This document shows, piece by piece, positions 48,411 to 58,407 of a DNA stretch of 64,000 nt (positions are counted from its first letter, which is position 1; every line of letters begins with the position of its first letter). Location of the stretch: assembly GCA_963676835.2 (NCBI GenBank), contig CAXXFF010000002.1:1536001-1600000 (forward strand). The letters run 5' to 3'. Under the pieces are notes generated by a model. It ran no database searches and was not told the DNA's origin. It was given only the letters and a program-made list of their open reading frames with translations. Position numbers and translations under genes: made by a program. The DNA is from Marispirochaeta sp. GTDB taxonomy: Bacteria; Spirochaetota; Spirochaetia; JC444; Marispirochaetaceae.

Positions 48411-48812
48411 TTAAATCTTTATCATAATCCGTTTTTCCGTCTTTTCCATACTCAAATAGAGCCGGGGGGGCCACTCTTTCATCATCAGATGAAAAGCGGG
48501 GCTCATGGAAACACGGGAGGAGAATTCACCGCTGGTGAAGGTGAGATTGCCGGTGGTGTAGAAGCAGGCTGTACCGGTAATCCAGGCTTCTTCTTCCTCT
48601 TTTAAAAGTTCAATCTGGTACCCGTCAAATGGTTCGGAAGAGAGCTTTAACAGATAGACCTGTTCCCGGTTGTTGGGATGGGCATTCAGCTCCTTAAGCA
48701 GTCTCAGAATTATGCTTTCCATTCCGGTAAGATCATAGATTTCGTGGTCGTAACCCTTAATCTGCCAGTTGGATCTCCGCCGTGATTTTTTCAGGGTAAT
48801 TTCGTGGATCAT
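48411..48812 (-). CDS. Hypothetical protein
   Basis: ORF from ATG 48812; no recognised motif. Confidence 0.45.
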   Translation of the reverse strand: MIHEITLKKSRRRSNWQIKGYDHEIYDLTGMESIILRLLKELNAHPNNREQVYLLKLSSEPFDGYQIELLKEEEEAWITGTACFYTTGNLTFTSGEFSSRVSMSPAFHLMMKEWPPRLYLSMEKTEKRIMIKI

Positions 48813-48948
48813 GTGTAAGCGTATCCGCCTTTTAAAAATAGTATTTAGCTGTTTGCCTATAATGGTAGCCCCGATTTTCGGGATTACCATATTGTTGTGG
48901 TAATTTCTCGATATCTTTGTAAAAATAGTAGTGATATTTGAAGGGTCG

Positions 48949-49026
48949 AACGATTTGCGCAATACAATAGTATTTATTAACGATTTGCGAAAAATGTTGC
49001 CGAATTCGGCACATCATGACTATATT
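48949..49026 (+). promoter_or_regulatory. clpB promoter region with direct repeats and a palindrome
   Basis: AACGATTTGCG at 48949 and 48979; TTGCCG-18 bp-TATATT; palindrome TGCCGAATTCGGCA 48998-49011. Confidence 0.5.
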
Positions 49027-49090
49027 CAGGTCAAAGAGAACAGATTAACAACCTCGCCGGCGAAACCGGACAGGCAGGGAGGCACCATAG

Positions 49091-51673
49091 ATGCAATATA
49101 ACAAAATGACAATAAAGACCCAGGATGCAATGCAGGCGGCATTGTCGGCGGCAAACTCAGCCGGTCATGCCCAGGTGGATGTTGACCACTTTCTTACCGC
49201 TCTGCTTGCCCAGGAGGACGGAGTAGTTCCTCCTCTTATGGACGCCCTGGGAGTAGATTCCCGGACTCTTCAGGCGGATCTGGACAGGCTTGCAGGATCA
49301 AAACCCTCGGTTCACGGTGAAGGCGCTCAGGTTACTATTTCTCCCGAGCTCTCCAGGGTTTTAAGCCGGGCAGAGAAAGAGGCGGACAGCCTTAAAGATG
49401 AGTTTGTCTCCACCGAGCATGTGCTCCTCGCAATGAGCGGCGCTGAGAACAGCACTGCAGATATCCTCCGCCGACACGGGGTAACAAAAGAGAGAATTAT
49501 TACAGCCCTCAAGGCAATCCGGGGCAATCAGCGGGTTACCGATCAGGACCCCGAGGGCCGCTATCAGGTGCTGGAAAAATACTGTAAGGACCTTACCGCC
49601 CTTGCCCGCAAGGAGAAGCTTGATCCGGTAATCGGCCGGGACGAGGAGATTCGCCGGGTTATGCAGGTATTGAGCCGCAGAACCAAGAATAACCCGGTGC
49701 TTATCGGTGAACCGGGAGTTGGAAAGACTGCCATCGCCGAGGGACTTGCCCGGCGTATTGTATCCGGAGATGTTCCCGAGAGTCTCAAGAACAAACGTCT
49801 TCTGGCGCTGGATCTGGGTTCTCTTATTGCAGGAGCAAAGTTCCGGGGAGAGTTTGAGGAACGGCTGAAGGCGGTTATTCACGAAGTTGCATCCTCGGAG
49901 GGGCAGATTATACTCTTTATTGATGAGCTTCATACCCTTGTTGGTGCCGGGGCCGCGGAAGGATCAACGGATGCTTCCAACCTGTTGAAACCGGCCCTCG
50001 CCCGGGGTGAACTGCGCACCATCGGAGCTACAACCCTGGATGAGTACCGCAAGCACATCGAAGCCGATGCTGCCCTTGAAAGAAGGTTCCAGCAAGTGTA
50101 TACCCCGGAGCCATCCGTGGAAGATACTATTGCGATTCTTCGGGGTATTCAGGAGCGCTATGAGGTTCACCACGGGGTACGCATCCGGGACGATGCCCTG
50201 ATTGCAGCGGCAACCCTATCTGACCGCTACATCACCAGCCGCTTTCTGCCTGATAAGGCCATTGACCTGGTGGATGAGGCAGCCAGCCGTCTGAAGATGG
50301 AGATAGAAAGTCAGCCCACAGAGCTTGATCAGATAGAGCGGCGTATTCTGCAGCTCAATATCGAAAAACAGGCACTCTCCCGGGAGGAGGATCAGGCCAG
50401 CAGGGAGCGCCTTGGCAAACTTCAGGATGAACTGAACGAACTGACCCATAAACGGGATGCCATGCAGCTGCAGTGGAAGAACGAGAAGAACATAATTGAT
50501 GAAATCCGTTCTCTCAAGGCCAAGCTGGAAGAGTACAAGATTATGGAGACCCGCTATGAACGGGAAGGTAATCTTGCCAAAGCAGCGGAAATAAAACACG
50601 GAAGTATCCCGGAAACTTCAGCCAGTATCGCAGCCAAGGGGCTGGAACTGGAGAGTCTGAAAGGTGAACATCGCTTGCTTCGTGAAGAGGTTTCCGAAGA
50701 GGATATTGCCCGGGTGGTTTCTGCATGGACGGGGATTCCTGTAACCAAGATGCTCTCGTCAGAGATGGCCAAGTACCTTGATCTGGAAAAAATCCTTGAA
50801 GAGCGGGTTGTCGGCCAGAATATGGCAATTGAGGCGGTGAGTGATGCTATTCGTCGCAACAAGACCGGCCTTTCCGATGCGGCCCGGCCTCTTGGATCAT
50901 TCCTGTTCCTCGGGCCCACCGGTGTGGGTAAAACAGAACTTGCCAAAACCCTGGCGGATTTTCTCTTTAATGATGAGAAATCTCTTACCAGGATCGATAT
51001 GAGTGAGTACATGGAAAAACACTCTGTCAGCAGGCTTATCGGAGCTCCTCCGGGATATGTCGGCTATGATCAGGGCGGCCAGCTCACAGAGGCTGTACGG
51101 CGCAGACCCTACTCGGTTGTGCTCTTCGATGAGGTGGAGAAGGCTCACCCTGATGTCTTCAATGTGCTGCTTCAGATGCTCGATGACGGGCGTCTAACTG
51201 ACGGCCAGGGACGGGTTGTGGATTTCCGCAATGCCATTATTATCCTGACAAGTAACCTGGGAAGCGATCTTATTCTTCAGGTGGATGATCCGGCAGAAGT
51301 GAGCGAGAAGATCGAACTGCTCTTAAAAAGCTCCTTTAAACCGGAGTTTCTGAACCGCCTGGATGAGACGATAATTTTCAGCAGGCTGGGTAAGAATCAG
51401 ATTCTGCGCATTGTCGAGATCCAACTGGAGAGGCTTAAGAAGCGTATTGCCGACCGCAACCTCAGTCTCTCGGTAGACAAAAAGGCCATGGAGCTTATCG
51501 GTGATGCCGGGTTTGACCCTGCCTTCGGTGCCCGGCCGGTTAAGCGGGCAATTCAGAGTATGCTGGAAAACCCGCTGGCCAAAAGCATTCTTTCCGGGAA
51601 GATTCCGGAAGGATCAGAAATCAAGGTGAGTGCAAAGGACGGAGAGCTGAAGTTCTCTGCCAGGACGGCATAG
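49091..51673 (+). CDS. clpB: ATP-dependent chaperone ClpB
   Basis: GEPGVGKT, long coiled-coil M domain, [23 protein letters not shown]; 860 aa. Confidence 0.97.
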   Translation: MQYNKMTIKTQDAMQAALSAANSAGHAQVDVDHFLTALLAQEDGVVPPLMDALGVDSRTLQADLDRLAGSKPSVHGEGAQVTISPELSRVLSRAEKEADSLKDEFVSTEHVLLAMSGAENSTADILRRHGVTKERIITALKAIRGNQRVTDQDPEGRYQVLEKYCKDLTALARKEKLDPVIGRDEEIRRVMQVLSRRTKNNPVLIGEPGVGKTAIAEGLARRIVSGDVPESLKNKRLLALDLGSLIAGAKFRGEFEERLKAVIHEVASSEGQIILFIDELHTLVGAGAAEGSTDASNLLKPALARGELRTIGATTLDEYRKHIEADAALERRFQQVYTPEPSVEDTIAILRGIQERYEVHHGVRIRDDALIAAATLSDRYITSRFLPDKAIDLVDEAASRLKMEIESQPTELDQIERRILQLNIEKQALSREEDQASRERLGKLQDELNELTHKRDAMQLQWKNEKNIIDEIRSLKAKLEEYKIMETRYEREGNLAKAAEIKHGSIPETSASIAAKGLELESLKGEHRLLREEVSEEDIARVVSAWTGIPVTKMLSSEMAKYLDLEKILEERVVGQNMAIEAVSDAIRRNKTGLSDAARPLGSFLFLGPTGVGKTELAKTLADFLFNDEKSLTRIDMSEYMEKHSVSRLIGAPPGYVGYDQGGQLTEAVRRRPYSVVLFDEVEKAHPDVFNVLLQMLDDGRLTDGQGRVVDFRNAIIILTSNLGSDLILQVDDPAEVSEKIELLLKSSFKPEFLNRLDETIIFSRLGKNQILRIVEIQLERLKKRIADRNLSLSVDKKAMELIGDAGFDPAFGARPVKRAIQSMLENPLAKSILSGKIPEGSEIKVSAKDGELKFSARTA

Positions 51674-51675
51674 AT

Positions 51676-51807
51676 TTAAACTAAATCAAGAAAGGCCCGC
51701 ATATAGTCCGGCAGATCGCCGGGCTTGCGGGCACTTACTATGTTGCGGTCCACCACGGCAGCTTCATCCACCCAGTCCGCGCCGGCATGGATCAGGTCGT
51801 CTTTTAT
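51676..51807 (-). pseudogene. C-terminal remnant of a PfpI/DJ-1 family gene
   Basis: Manual translation IKDDLIHAGADWVDEAAVVDRNIVSARKPGDLPDYMRAFLDLV*; preceded directly by an in-frame TGA, no start. Confidence 0.8.
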
Positions 51808-51845
51808 TCAAGAATAATCTTTCCTTCGAAATTTTCCAGTATTTC

Positions 51846-51891
51846 TTGACATCGGGAATCAAGTGATATATGTTAGTGAGTGATAACTAAC
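51846..51891 (+). promoter_or_regulatory. Promoter with TetR-type operator
   Basis: TTGACA-17 bp-TATGTT overlapping palindrome GTTAGTGAGTGATAACTAAC (51872-51891). Confidence 0.7.
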
Positions 51892-51918
51892 CATGGGAAG
51901 AATGAAAGGACAAACGGT

Positions 51919-52497
51919 ATGAGGACAGAACGGCAGAGAGAACTGCTGAAAGCCGCAGTTTCAATAGTCTCGGAAGAAGGATTCAGCCGCCTGACTGTAA
52001 GAAAAGTAGCGTCTGCCGTTGGGGTAACAGAACCGGCGGTATACCGGCACTTCAACAGCAAACTGGATCTTCTTACCGCCATTATCGAGGATCTGCAGGA
52101 GGGGATAGCTCCCCATTTCAAGGGTATTGAAGACGGGGCGGACTCGCCGGAGGTTCTGTTTGACAGTTTTGTGAACGGACTCTTTTCGGTTTTGAAGAAG
52201 AACCCCGCTTTCGCTCCCCTGGTTTTTTCCGAGGAGGCATTTCATACGGAACCGGAGCTCAGGCCCATGCTCTTCCGTATGATGAGCTCAAATCTGAGAA
52301 TCCTGGCCGGGTCCCTGGAAAAAATGCAGCAGAAGGGCACTATCCGTAACGATGTCGCTGCATCGGAGCTTGCTCTTATGACCATGGGGGCCATACGGCT
52401 TACTATAACCAGGGTCCATTTAAGCGAAGGAAATCTCAGGCTTGCCGATCAGGCGGAAAAGCTTGCGAACCTTCTGGTAAAGCTGTGCAGAAAGTAA
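51919..52497 (+). CDS. TetR/AcrR-family regulator
   Basis: TVRKVASAVGVTEPAVYRHFNSK HTH. Confidence 0.92.
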   Translation: MRTERQRELLKAAVSIVSEEGFSRLTVRKVASAVGVTEPAVYRHFNSKLDLLTAIIEDLQEGIAPHFKGIEDGADSPEVLFDSFVNGLFSVLKKNPAFAPLVFSEEAFHTEPELRPMLFRMMSSNLRILAGSLEKMQQKGTIRNDVAASELALMTMGAIRLTITRVHLSEGNLRLADQAEKLANLLVKLCRK

Positions 52498-52514
52498 AAT
52501 TTTTTTCCATGGTT

Positions 52515-52534
52515 GTTAGTGAACGATAACTAAT
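52515..52534 (+). promoter_or_regulatory. Second copy of the TetR operator upstream of the MMPL gene
   Basis: GTTAGTGAACGATAACTAAT, near-identical to 51872-51891. Confidence 0.7.
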
Positions 52535-52568
52535 TAACTGTGGTAATTGAATAAGAAGGAGAAAGATA

Positions 52569-54959
52569 ATGGACAAACCTGATGTGAAGCGAAAGGCGGG
52601 ACCTTTCCTGCTTCTTGCTTCGCTGCTGATTATTGCAGCGGTATTTATTCTTGCCATAGGCAGAAATGCCGTGCTGGAAACGGACCTGGATGAGTACATG
52701 CCGAAGGACCATCCCGCTTTTGTCTACAGCGATCAGGCGGAGGAACTTTTCGGGATTAAGGATGCGGTGCTTTTTGTGGTGGAACATGAAAAGAGCATCT
52801 ACAACAGCGGCTCCCTGGCAAAGATCCGGGACCTGACGGAAAAGCTGCCGGAGGTTTTTGATGAGATTAAACCCGGAGACATTACCTCTCTTTATACCGC
52901 GGAGAACATAACCGCCGATGAGTGGGGTCTTACGGTGGAGGCCTTCTATGATGATATTCCGGAATCGCAAGGCCAGCTGGACCGGTTGCAGCAGGCGGTG
53001 GAAAGTAACGATATGGTCCGGGGAAGAATCGTCAGTCTGGACGGACGTTCTTCCCTGATAATTGCGGAGATCGGTGACAATCTTTTTACTGCAGATTTTT
53101 ATGACAGGCTGCTTGAGTTTGCCGCTGAATGGGAAGGCCCGGAGAAGATTCACATTGCTGGACGGCCGGTGGTGGAAGGGGAAATGACAAAGCTCGGTCC
53201 CCGGGATATGGCCAGAATGGCACCCCTGGTATTCGTGCTTATGACCATTATTCTGCTTTTTCTGCTCAGAAACCTGCGCAACACCCTGCTGAACCTGCTG
53301 ATAGTCTTTTTCGGCACCTTGAGCGCCTTCGGTACCATGGCCCTGTTTCATGTTCCGGTCTACACCGTCAGCACCATGATACCGGTAATGCTGATCGCCA
53401 TAGGGGTTGCCGACGGCATTCACATGCATAACACAATTCGCCACCTGATGGTAAAAGAGCCCGGAATTTCGCGGGAGAATCTGGTACGCAAAACCATGCA
53501 GGCTATGACCAGGCCGGTAATCATGACGTCGGTTACCACCGCCGTAGGGTTTCTGTCGCTTATGACAAGCCAGGTGCTTCCGGTCCGTTATTTCGGCCTC
53601 TTCACTGCCCTCGGCGTGCTTGTAGAGATGTTAATGGCCCTGCTCCTCTTTCCCGCGTCTATCTATGTGCTGGGACCGCCGAAAATCAGGATCATGAATG
53701 CTGCCGCGGAGAGTGAAGGTCCCCATTCCGGCCGTCTGAGCAGACGTACAGGCTCGGTTTTAATGGGGCACCCCTTCCTGGTTATCCTGACAGGGGCCGC
53801 GGTATTTCTGCTGGCAGGAGCAGGGACCTCCCGGGTGTGGATCGATACCAGCTTTCTGGCCAATTTTCAGACCGACAGCGCCATTGTCCGGACTGACACC
53901 TTTGTAAACGACAATTTCGGCGGTACCTCATCGCTGAATGTGGTTCTGAGTTCCCGAACAGACGGTGTTTTCAAGGAGCCTGCAGTGCTCGAGTTGATGG
54001 ACGGGCTGCAGAAAGAGGTGGAGCAGGACCCGGTTGTGGGCGACAGTTTTTCCCTCGCAGATTATATCCGCCGCATGCACCGGGTCATGCACGAAGACGA
54101 TCCGGCCTTCGATGTAATCCCCGAAACCTCCGATATGGTGGCCCAGTATCTGCTTCTGTATGAAATGTCGGGAGATCCGGACAACCTGAATAAAGTAGTC
54201 GATTACGATTACCGGGAGGCGAACCTTACTTTTCAGTTGAAAAGCGACAGTTCTGCCAGGATGGAGGAGATTATTGCCGGAATCGATCCGTACCGGGAAG
54301 CTTTTGCCGCCCACGATATCGAAATCCGCTATGCCGGCAGCGGCTATAAATCACTGGTTTTCGCCACCCTGCTTTTGGAAGGGCAAATGTTCAGCCTGCT
54401 GCTCTCATTCGGCATCGTGGCACTGCTTCTTACCATCATGTTCCGAAACATCATTATCGGGCTTGCGGGAACCATACCCATTGCCGTGACGGCAATGATC
54501 AATTTCGGCACTATGGGGCTTCTCAATATTCCCTTGAGCGCTTCAACGGCAATTATTTCCGGCATCGCCATCGGTATCGGCGTGGATTATGCCATCCATT
54601 TTATCGAGCACTTCCGCAGCGAGCGCATAAAGGGACTTTCCGGCTTTGAGGCGGCAATTGAAACCCTTGGTAACACCGGCCGCTCCATTGTCTACAACGC
54701 AATCGCGGTTATGGGCGGTTTCTCGGTGCTGCTGGTAAGTGTTTTTCCACCGAACCGTCAGGTAGGCGGCCTGGTTGCACTGAACATGGCTGCCAGCGCG
54801 GCAGGGACCCTGACCCTGCTGCTTACCGTTCTTTATGTGCTGGATCGAAAAGGTAAAACAGGGACAATCCCGGAGTCATCTAAAACCCCCGAAACCAAAG
54901 GGAAACCCACGGTTACAACAACAGTCGACAACACAGCTGAAACAAAAGCTGAACAATAA
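52569..54959 (+). CDS. MMPL/RND-family exporter
   Basis: AIGVADGIH, TSVTTAVGF, GIGVDYAIH; two TM bundles. Confidence 0.92.
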   Translation: MDKPDVKRKAGPFLLLASLLIIAAVFILAIGRNAVLETDLDEYMPKDHPAFVYSDQAEELFGIKDAVLFVVEHEKSIYNSGSLAKIRDLTEKLPEVFDEIKPGDITSLYTAENITADEWGLTVEAFYDDIPESQGQLDRLQQAVESNDMVRGRIVSLDGRSSLIIAEIGDNLFTADFYDRLLEFAAEWEGPEKIHIAGRPVVEGEMTKLGPRDMARMAPLVFVLMTIILLFLLRNLRNTLLNLLIVFFGTLSAFGTMALFHVPVYTVSTMIPVMLIAIGVADGIHMHNTIRHLMVKEPGISRENLVRKTMQAMTRPVIMTSVTTAVGFLSLMTSQVLPVRYFGLFTALGVLVEMLMALLLFPASIYVLGPPKIRIMNAAAESEGPHSGRLSRRTGSVLMGHPFLVILTGAAVFLLAGAGTSRVWIDTSFLANFQTDSAIVRTDTFVNDNFGGTSSLNVVLSSRTDGVFKEPAVLELMDGLQKEVEQDPVVGDSFSLADYIRRMHRVMHEDDPAFDVIPETSDMVAQYLLLYEMSGDPDNLNKVVDYDYREANLTFQLKSDSSARMEEIIAGIDPYREAFAAHDIEIRYAGSGYKSLVFATLLLEGQMFSLLLSFGIVALLLTIMFRNIIIGLAGTIPIAVTAMINFGTMGLLNIPLSASTAIISGIAIGIGVDYAIHFIEHFRSERIKGLSGFEAAIETLGNTGRSIVYNAIAVMGGFSVLLVSVFPPNRQVGGLVALNMAASAAGTLTLLLTVLYVLDRKGKTGTIPESSKTPETKGKPTVTTTVDNTAETKAEQ

Positions 54960-54978
54960 ATTTTTAAGGAGATCTGTT

Positions 54979-55770
54979 ATGAACACCAAGCACACATCGA
55001 CCATTTTTATCATTCTGAGCCTGCTGCTTATTGCGGCAGTTTCTTCCGGCCTGTTCGCTGAGACCGGCCTCGAGGTTATGCAGAACGTGAACAACCGTCC
55101 GGTGGGTGAAAACATGAGCGCCGAACTGGTTATGACCATTACCAACTCCCGGGGGGCGGCACGGGAACGGAGTATTGCGCAGTACAGCCGGGATTTCGGC
55201 GAGTCGGAAAAAAAGGTGATGTTCTTCACCGCCCCGGCGGATGTGCGGGACACCAGCTTCATGACCTGGTCCTGGGATGACGGCCGCGACGATGACCAGT
55301 GGATCTATCTGCCGGCCCTGCGCAGGGTAAAGCGTATCAGCTCGGACAGCAAGAACGACTCTTTTATGGGTTCCGACTTTACCTACGACGATCTGGGCGA
55401 ACGGCATCCATCTGAGGACAGTCACCGGATTATCGGCGAAGAGACAATCGACGGCAATGACTGCTTTATTATCGAAAGTACTCCCGTTACCGGAAGCGAT
55501 GCCTTCAGCAAAACAATCAGCTGGATCATCAGGGGAAAATGGATCGGCTTGAAGAAGGAGTTCTACGATCGAAACGGGAACGTGTACAAGGAGCTCTCCA
55601 TCGATGCTTTCGAGAAGATAGACGGCTATTGGATTGTGACCGACATGACCATGACCGACTCCGGCCGGGGCAGTTCAACCCGTATTCAGATGAATGATGT
55701 CAGGTTCTCTATTTCTCTGTCGGACTCCTTTTTTACCGAACGTCAGATGAAAATGGGTCCCGGGAGGTAG
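54979..55770 (+). CDS. Outer-membrane lipoprotein-sorting (LolA-like) periplasmic protein
   Basis: PADVRDT.F, DDQWIYLPALRRVKRI, FMGSDFTYDDL; AAGGAG RBS. Confidence 0.88.
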   Translation: MNTKHTSTIFIILSLLLIAAVSSGLFAETGLEVMQNVNNRPVGENMSAELVMTITNSRGAARERSIAQYSRDFGESEKKVMFFTAPADVRDTSFMTWSWDDGRDDDQWIYLPALRRVKRISSDSKNDSFMGSDFTYDDLGERHPSEDSHRIIGEETIDGNDCFIIESTPVTGSDAFSKTISWIIRGKWIGLKKEFYDRNGNVYKELSIDAFEKIDGYWIVTDMTMTDSGRGSSTRIQMNDVRFSISLSDSFFTERQMKMGPGR

Positions 55771-56967
55771 ATGATGAAAAATGGTAAAATGACTGCCTTT
55801 CTGCTGTCTTTTCTTGTGGTCTTTTCCCTGTCCCTGTTTGCGGGAGATATTGAAATGACTGGTATGGTCCGAAGCTATACCGGTGCCCGCCCTGCGGAAG
55901 GGGATGTTCCGGTAACTGAGCAGACTGTAGACCTGACCCTGCAGGGGTATGGTGAGTTGACCAGGATTACCGTTAATCCCTATGTTTATCTAAATCCTGA
56001 TGTCGATCCCGAGATAGGGGTACGGGAAGCTTATATCGACATTTTTTTTCCCTTTGTGGACCTTCGAATCGGCAAACAGACGGTTGTCTGGGGTGAGGCC
56101 GAAGGGGCATTCATTACCGATGTGGTCAGCCCTCAGGATATGCGCTCCTTTATTCTGGCAGACTTCAGGGAGGTCCGCATGGGCGTCACCGCCCTGAAAG
56201 CGGACTGGTATGCCGGCCCCTTTACCGTAGAGACAGTCTGGCTGCCCCGCTTTGTGCCCGCCGGTCGGCCCGATGTCGGTTCCATCTGGTATACGGACGA
56301 AATGACCCTGCTGAGCGGCGCCTCCCTGCCCGACGGCAGACTGGAGAACAGCGAGGCATTCGGTAAAATCAGCTATTTCGGTTCGGCGCTGAATGCCGAG
56401 TTTATGGCAGGTTACGCCTGGGATGATCAGCCGGTGTTAACCGGATCCCTTTCCTCTCCGGATGCTGTCTACCGACGCTATGCCCTTACCGGCGGTAGTC
56501 TGAGTACAACCCTGGGACCACTGGTGCTGCGTTCCGAGGGAGCGGTCTACCTTGACCGGGATTTTACCGCCCTTACCGGACCTGGAACCATTGAAGCTCT
56601 GGAGCATAACCAGATACATGGCCTCGGCGGGCTGGACTGGAGCTTTCTGGGTACAGACATGTCTGTGCAGTATATCGCCGATTATATTATTGACTATGAC
56701 GATCGTATTCAACGGGATGAATATTCACAGACAGCGACATTCCGTGTTCGCGACAGCTATCTGTCCGATACCCTGGACCTCGAGCTTTTCGTCTATCTTG
56801 GAATCGATCCCTGGGATGCGCTGCTGCGGCCCTCTATGACATACAGTATTGAGGACGGAGTTGATCTCAAAGCGGGGGCGGAAATTTTCGTCGGTGATGA
56901 AGACGGCCGTTTTGGAACCTACCGGGATAACACCATGCTCTTTGCTTCTATTAGCTGGTATTTTTAA
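55771..56967 (+). CDS. Outer-membrane beta-barrel (DUF1302-like)
   Basis: Signal peptide; REAYID, DLRIGKQ.VVWG; terminal WYF. Confidence 0.75.
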   Translation: MMKNGKMTAFLLSFLVVFSLSLFAGDIEMTGMVRSYTGARPAEGDVPVTEQTVDLTLQGYGELTRITVNPYVYLNPDVDPEIGVREAYIDIFFPFVDLRIGKQTVVWGEAEGAFITDVVSPQDMRSFILADFREVRMGVTALKADWYAGPFTVETVWLPRFVPAGRPDVGSIWYTDEMTLLSGASLPDGRLENSEAFGKISYFGSALNAEFMAGYAWDDQPVLTGSLSSPDAVYRRYALTGGSLSTTLGPLVLRSEGAVYLDRDFTALTGPGTIEALEHNQIHGLGGLDWSFLGTDMSVQYIADYIIDYDDRIQRDEYSQTATFRVRDSYLSDTLDLELFVYLGIDPWDALLRPSMTYSIEDGVDLKAGAEIFVGDEDGRFGTYRDNTMLFASISWYF

Positions 56968-56986
56968 TTATATACAGGAGGAGAAT

Positions 56987-57305
56987 ATGAACATAATACG
57001 GCCTGAACAGATTGGGAACGCATCTAAAAAAGGCAAAAGTGTCCGCAAAAAAGATGCTGGTCAAGGATGAAGTGGAAGCGGTTCACCTGCAGATTGAAGA
57101 AGGCGGTTCGCTGCCTGTTCATACAACCCCGGTGGAAGTTTTCTTCTATGTGCTGGAAGGGGAGGGCGAAATCGAAATAGGGGATGAACGGACGGCGGTA
57201 ACAGTCGATACCATGGTGGAGAGCCCGAAAATGATACCCCATGGGCTGCGCAACACCGGCAGCGGACCATTTCGGGTGCTGGTTGTGAAGACTCCCCTGC
57301 CATAG
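56987..57305 (+). pseudogene. Cupin gene split by a one-base frameshift
   Basis: AGGAGG RBS plus ATG 56987 frame stops at 57070; cupin body (HTTPVEVFFYVLEG...IPHGLRN) lies in the +1 frame; A6 tracts at 57026 and 57047. Confidence 0.7.
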
Positions 57306-57349
57306 GCTGTGCGCTTGCCTGTTTCCCTTGTGGCGGATACTATCGGTAT

Positions 57350-58315
57350 ATGAAAAGTGAATATGCACGGCGTCTCAATCGCGTTATAGATTACATTAAT
57401 CACAATCTTGGTGAAGATCTCAGTCTTGATCATCTTGCTGAGATAGCAAATTTCAGTAAGTTCCATTTTCATCGTATTTTCTCTGCCGAAACAGGCGAAT
57501 CTCTGGGCGCATATATTCAGCGTCTTCGACTAGAGAAATCGGCCGGTCTGCTGGTTGCCCTGATCGAGAATCCCATTACGGAAATTGCCCATATTTGCGG
57601 TTTTTCTTCTTCTGCCGTATTCAGCCGGGCCTTTCGGGAATGTTTCGGCATGACTCCCAGGGACTGGCGTGCCGGAAGACATGAAGAGCACAGCAAGAAT
57701 TGCAAAATCCAGAGCAACCGTTATCCGACAATAAGCAAGTACCGGGAAGCAAGTAAGGTATTACCAGTGTACGGTAAAGGTACACCATTACACTGGAGGA
57801 TTAATATGAAAAGAAGTACCGGAGACCTTGAATACCAGGTTGTAGTCAATGAGCTATCTGCGAAAAACGTGGCCTATGTACGGCATACCGGGCCGTATGC
57901 CGGCGATGCTGAACTTTTTGGTTCACTCTTCGGGAGGCTTATGAAGTGGGCCGGCCCCAGAGATCTCTTTGTTCCCGGGGAGACTGAGTTTCTTACCATC
58001 TATCACGATTCACCGGATGTTACGGAAGAGGAAAAACTCCGGATCAGTGTGTGCATGACTGTGCCTGAGGGAACTGAGGCTTCCGGTGAGGTTGGTACAA
58101 TGGTAGTTCCGGGAGGCAAATATGCTGTAGCAGAGTTCCGTATTGGCATTGAGGAGTATGGAGATGCCTGGAACAGCCTTTGCGGGGTCTGGCTTCCGGA
58201 AAGCGGTTATCAGTTCGCCGATGGTCCGGTCTTTGAACTCTATCTCAACGATCCTGAGCAGGATCCGGAACACAAGCACCATATAGCCATCCATCTCCCG
58301 GTTCAGCCTTTATAA
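57350..58315 (+). CDS. AraC-family regulator with C-terminal GyrI-like domain
   Basis: SKFHFHRIF, RLRLEKSA, CGFSSSAVFSRAF; RHTGPY, WLPESGY. Confidence 0.93.
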   Translation: MKSEYARRLNRVIDYINHNLGEDLSLDHLAEIANFSKFHFHRIFSAETGESLGAYIQRLRLEKSAGLLVALIENPITEIAHICGFSSSAVFSRAFRECFGMTPRDWRAGRHEEHSKNCKIQSNRYPTISKYREASKVLPVYGKGTPLHWRINMKRSTGDLEYQVVVNELSAKNVAYVRHTGPYAGDAELFGSLFGRLMKWAGPRDLFVPGETEFLTIYHDSPDVTEEEKLRISVCMTVPEGTEASGEVGTMVVPGGKYAVAEFRIGIEEYGDAWNSLCGVWLPESGYQFADGPVFELYLNDPEQDPEHKHHIAIHLPVQPL

Positions 58316-58347
58316 GGGAACATTTACATTTAAAAAAAACATGGACT

Positions 58348-58376
58348 GTCTCCCGGTTTTTCTACCGGGGGACTTT
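58348..58376. terminator. Hairpin between convergent genes, probable terminator
   Basis: GTCTCCCGGT-loop-ACCGGGGGAC-TTT. Confidence 0.55.
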
Positions 58377-58407
58377 ATGGCCGCTGCTATTGAGAACAGA
58401 AATATGA

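Noticed and set aside
52530..53444. Long antisense ORFs (this 304-aa one; also 10485..11261, 11168..11914, 6821..7498)
   Set aside because: They lie opposite well-supported genes and have no motifs; typical codon-bias shadows
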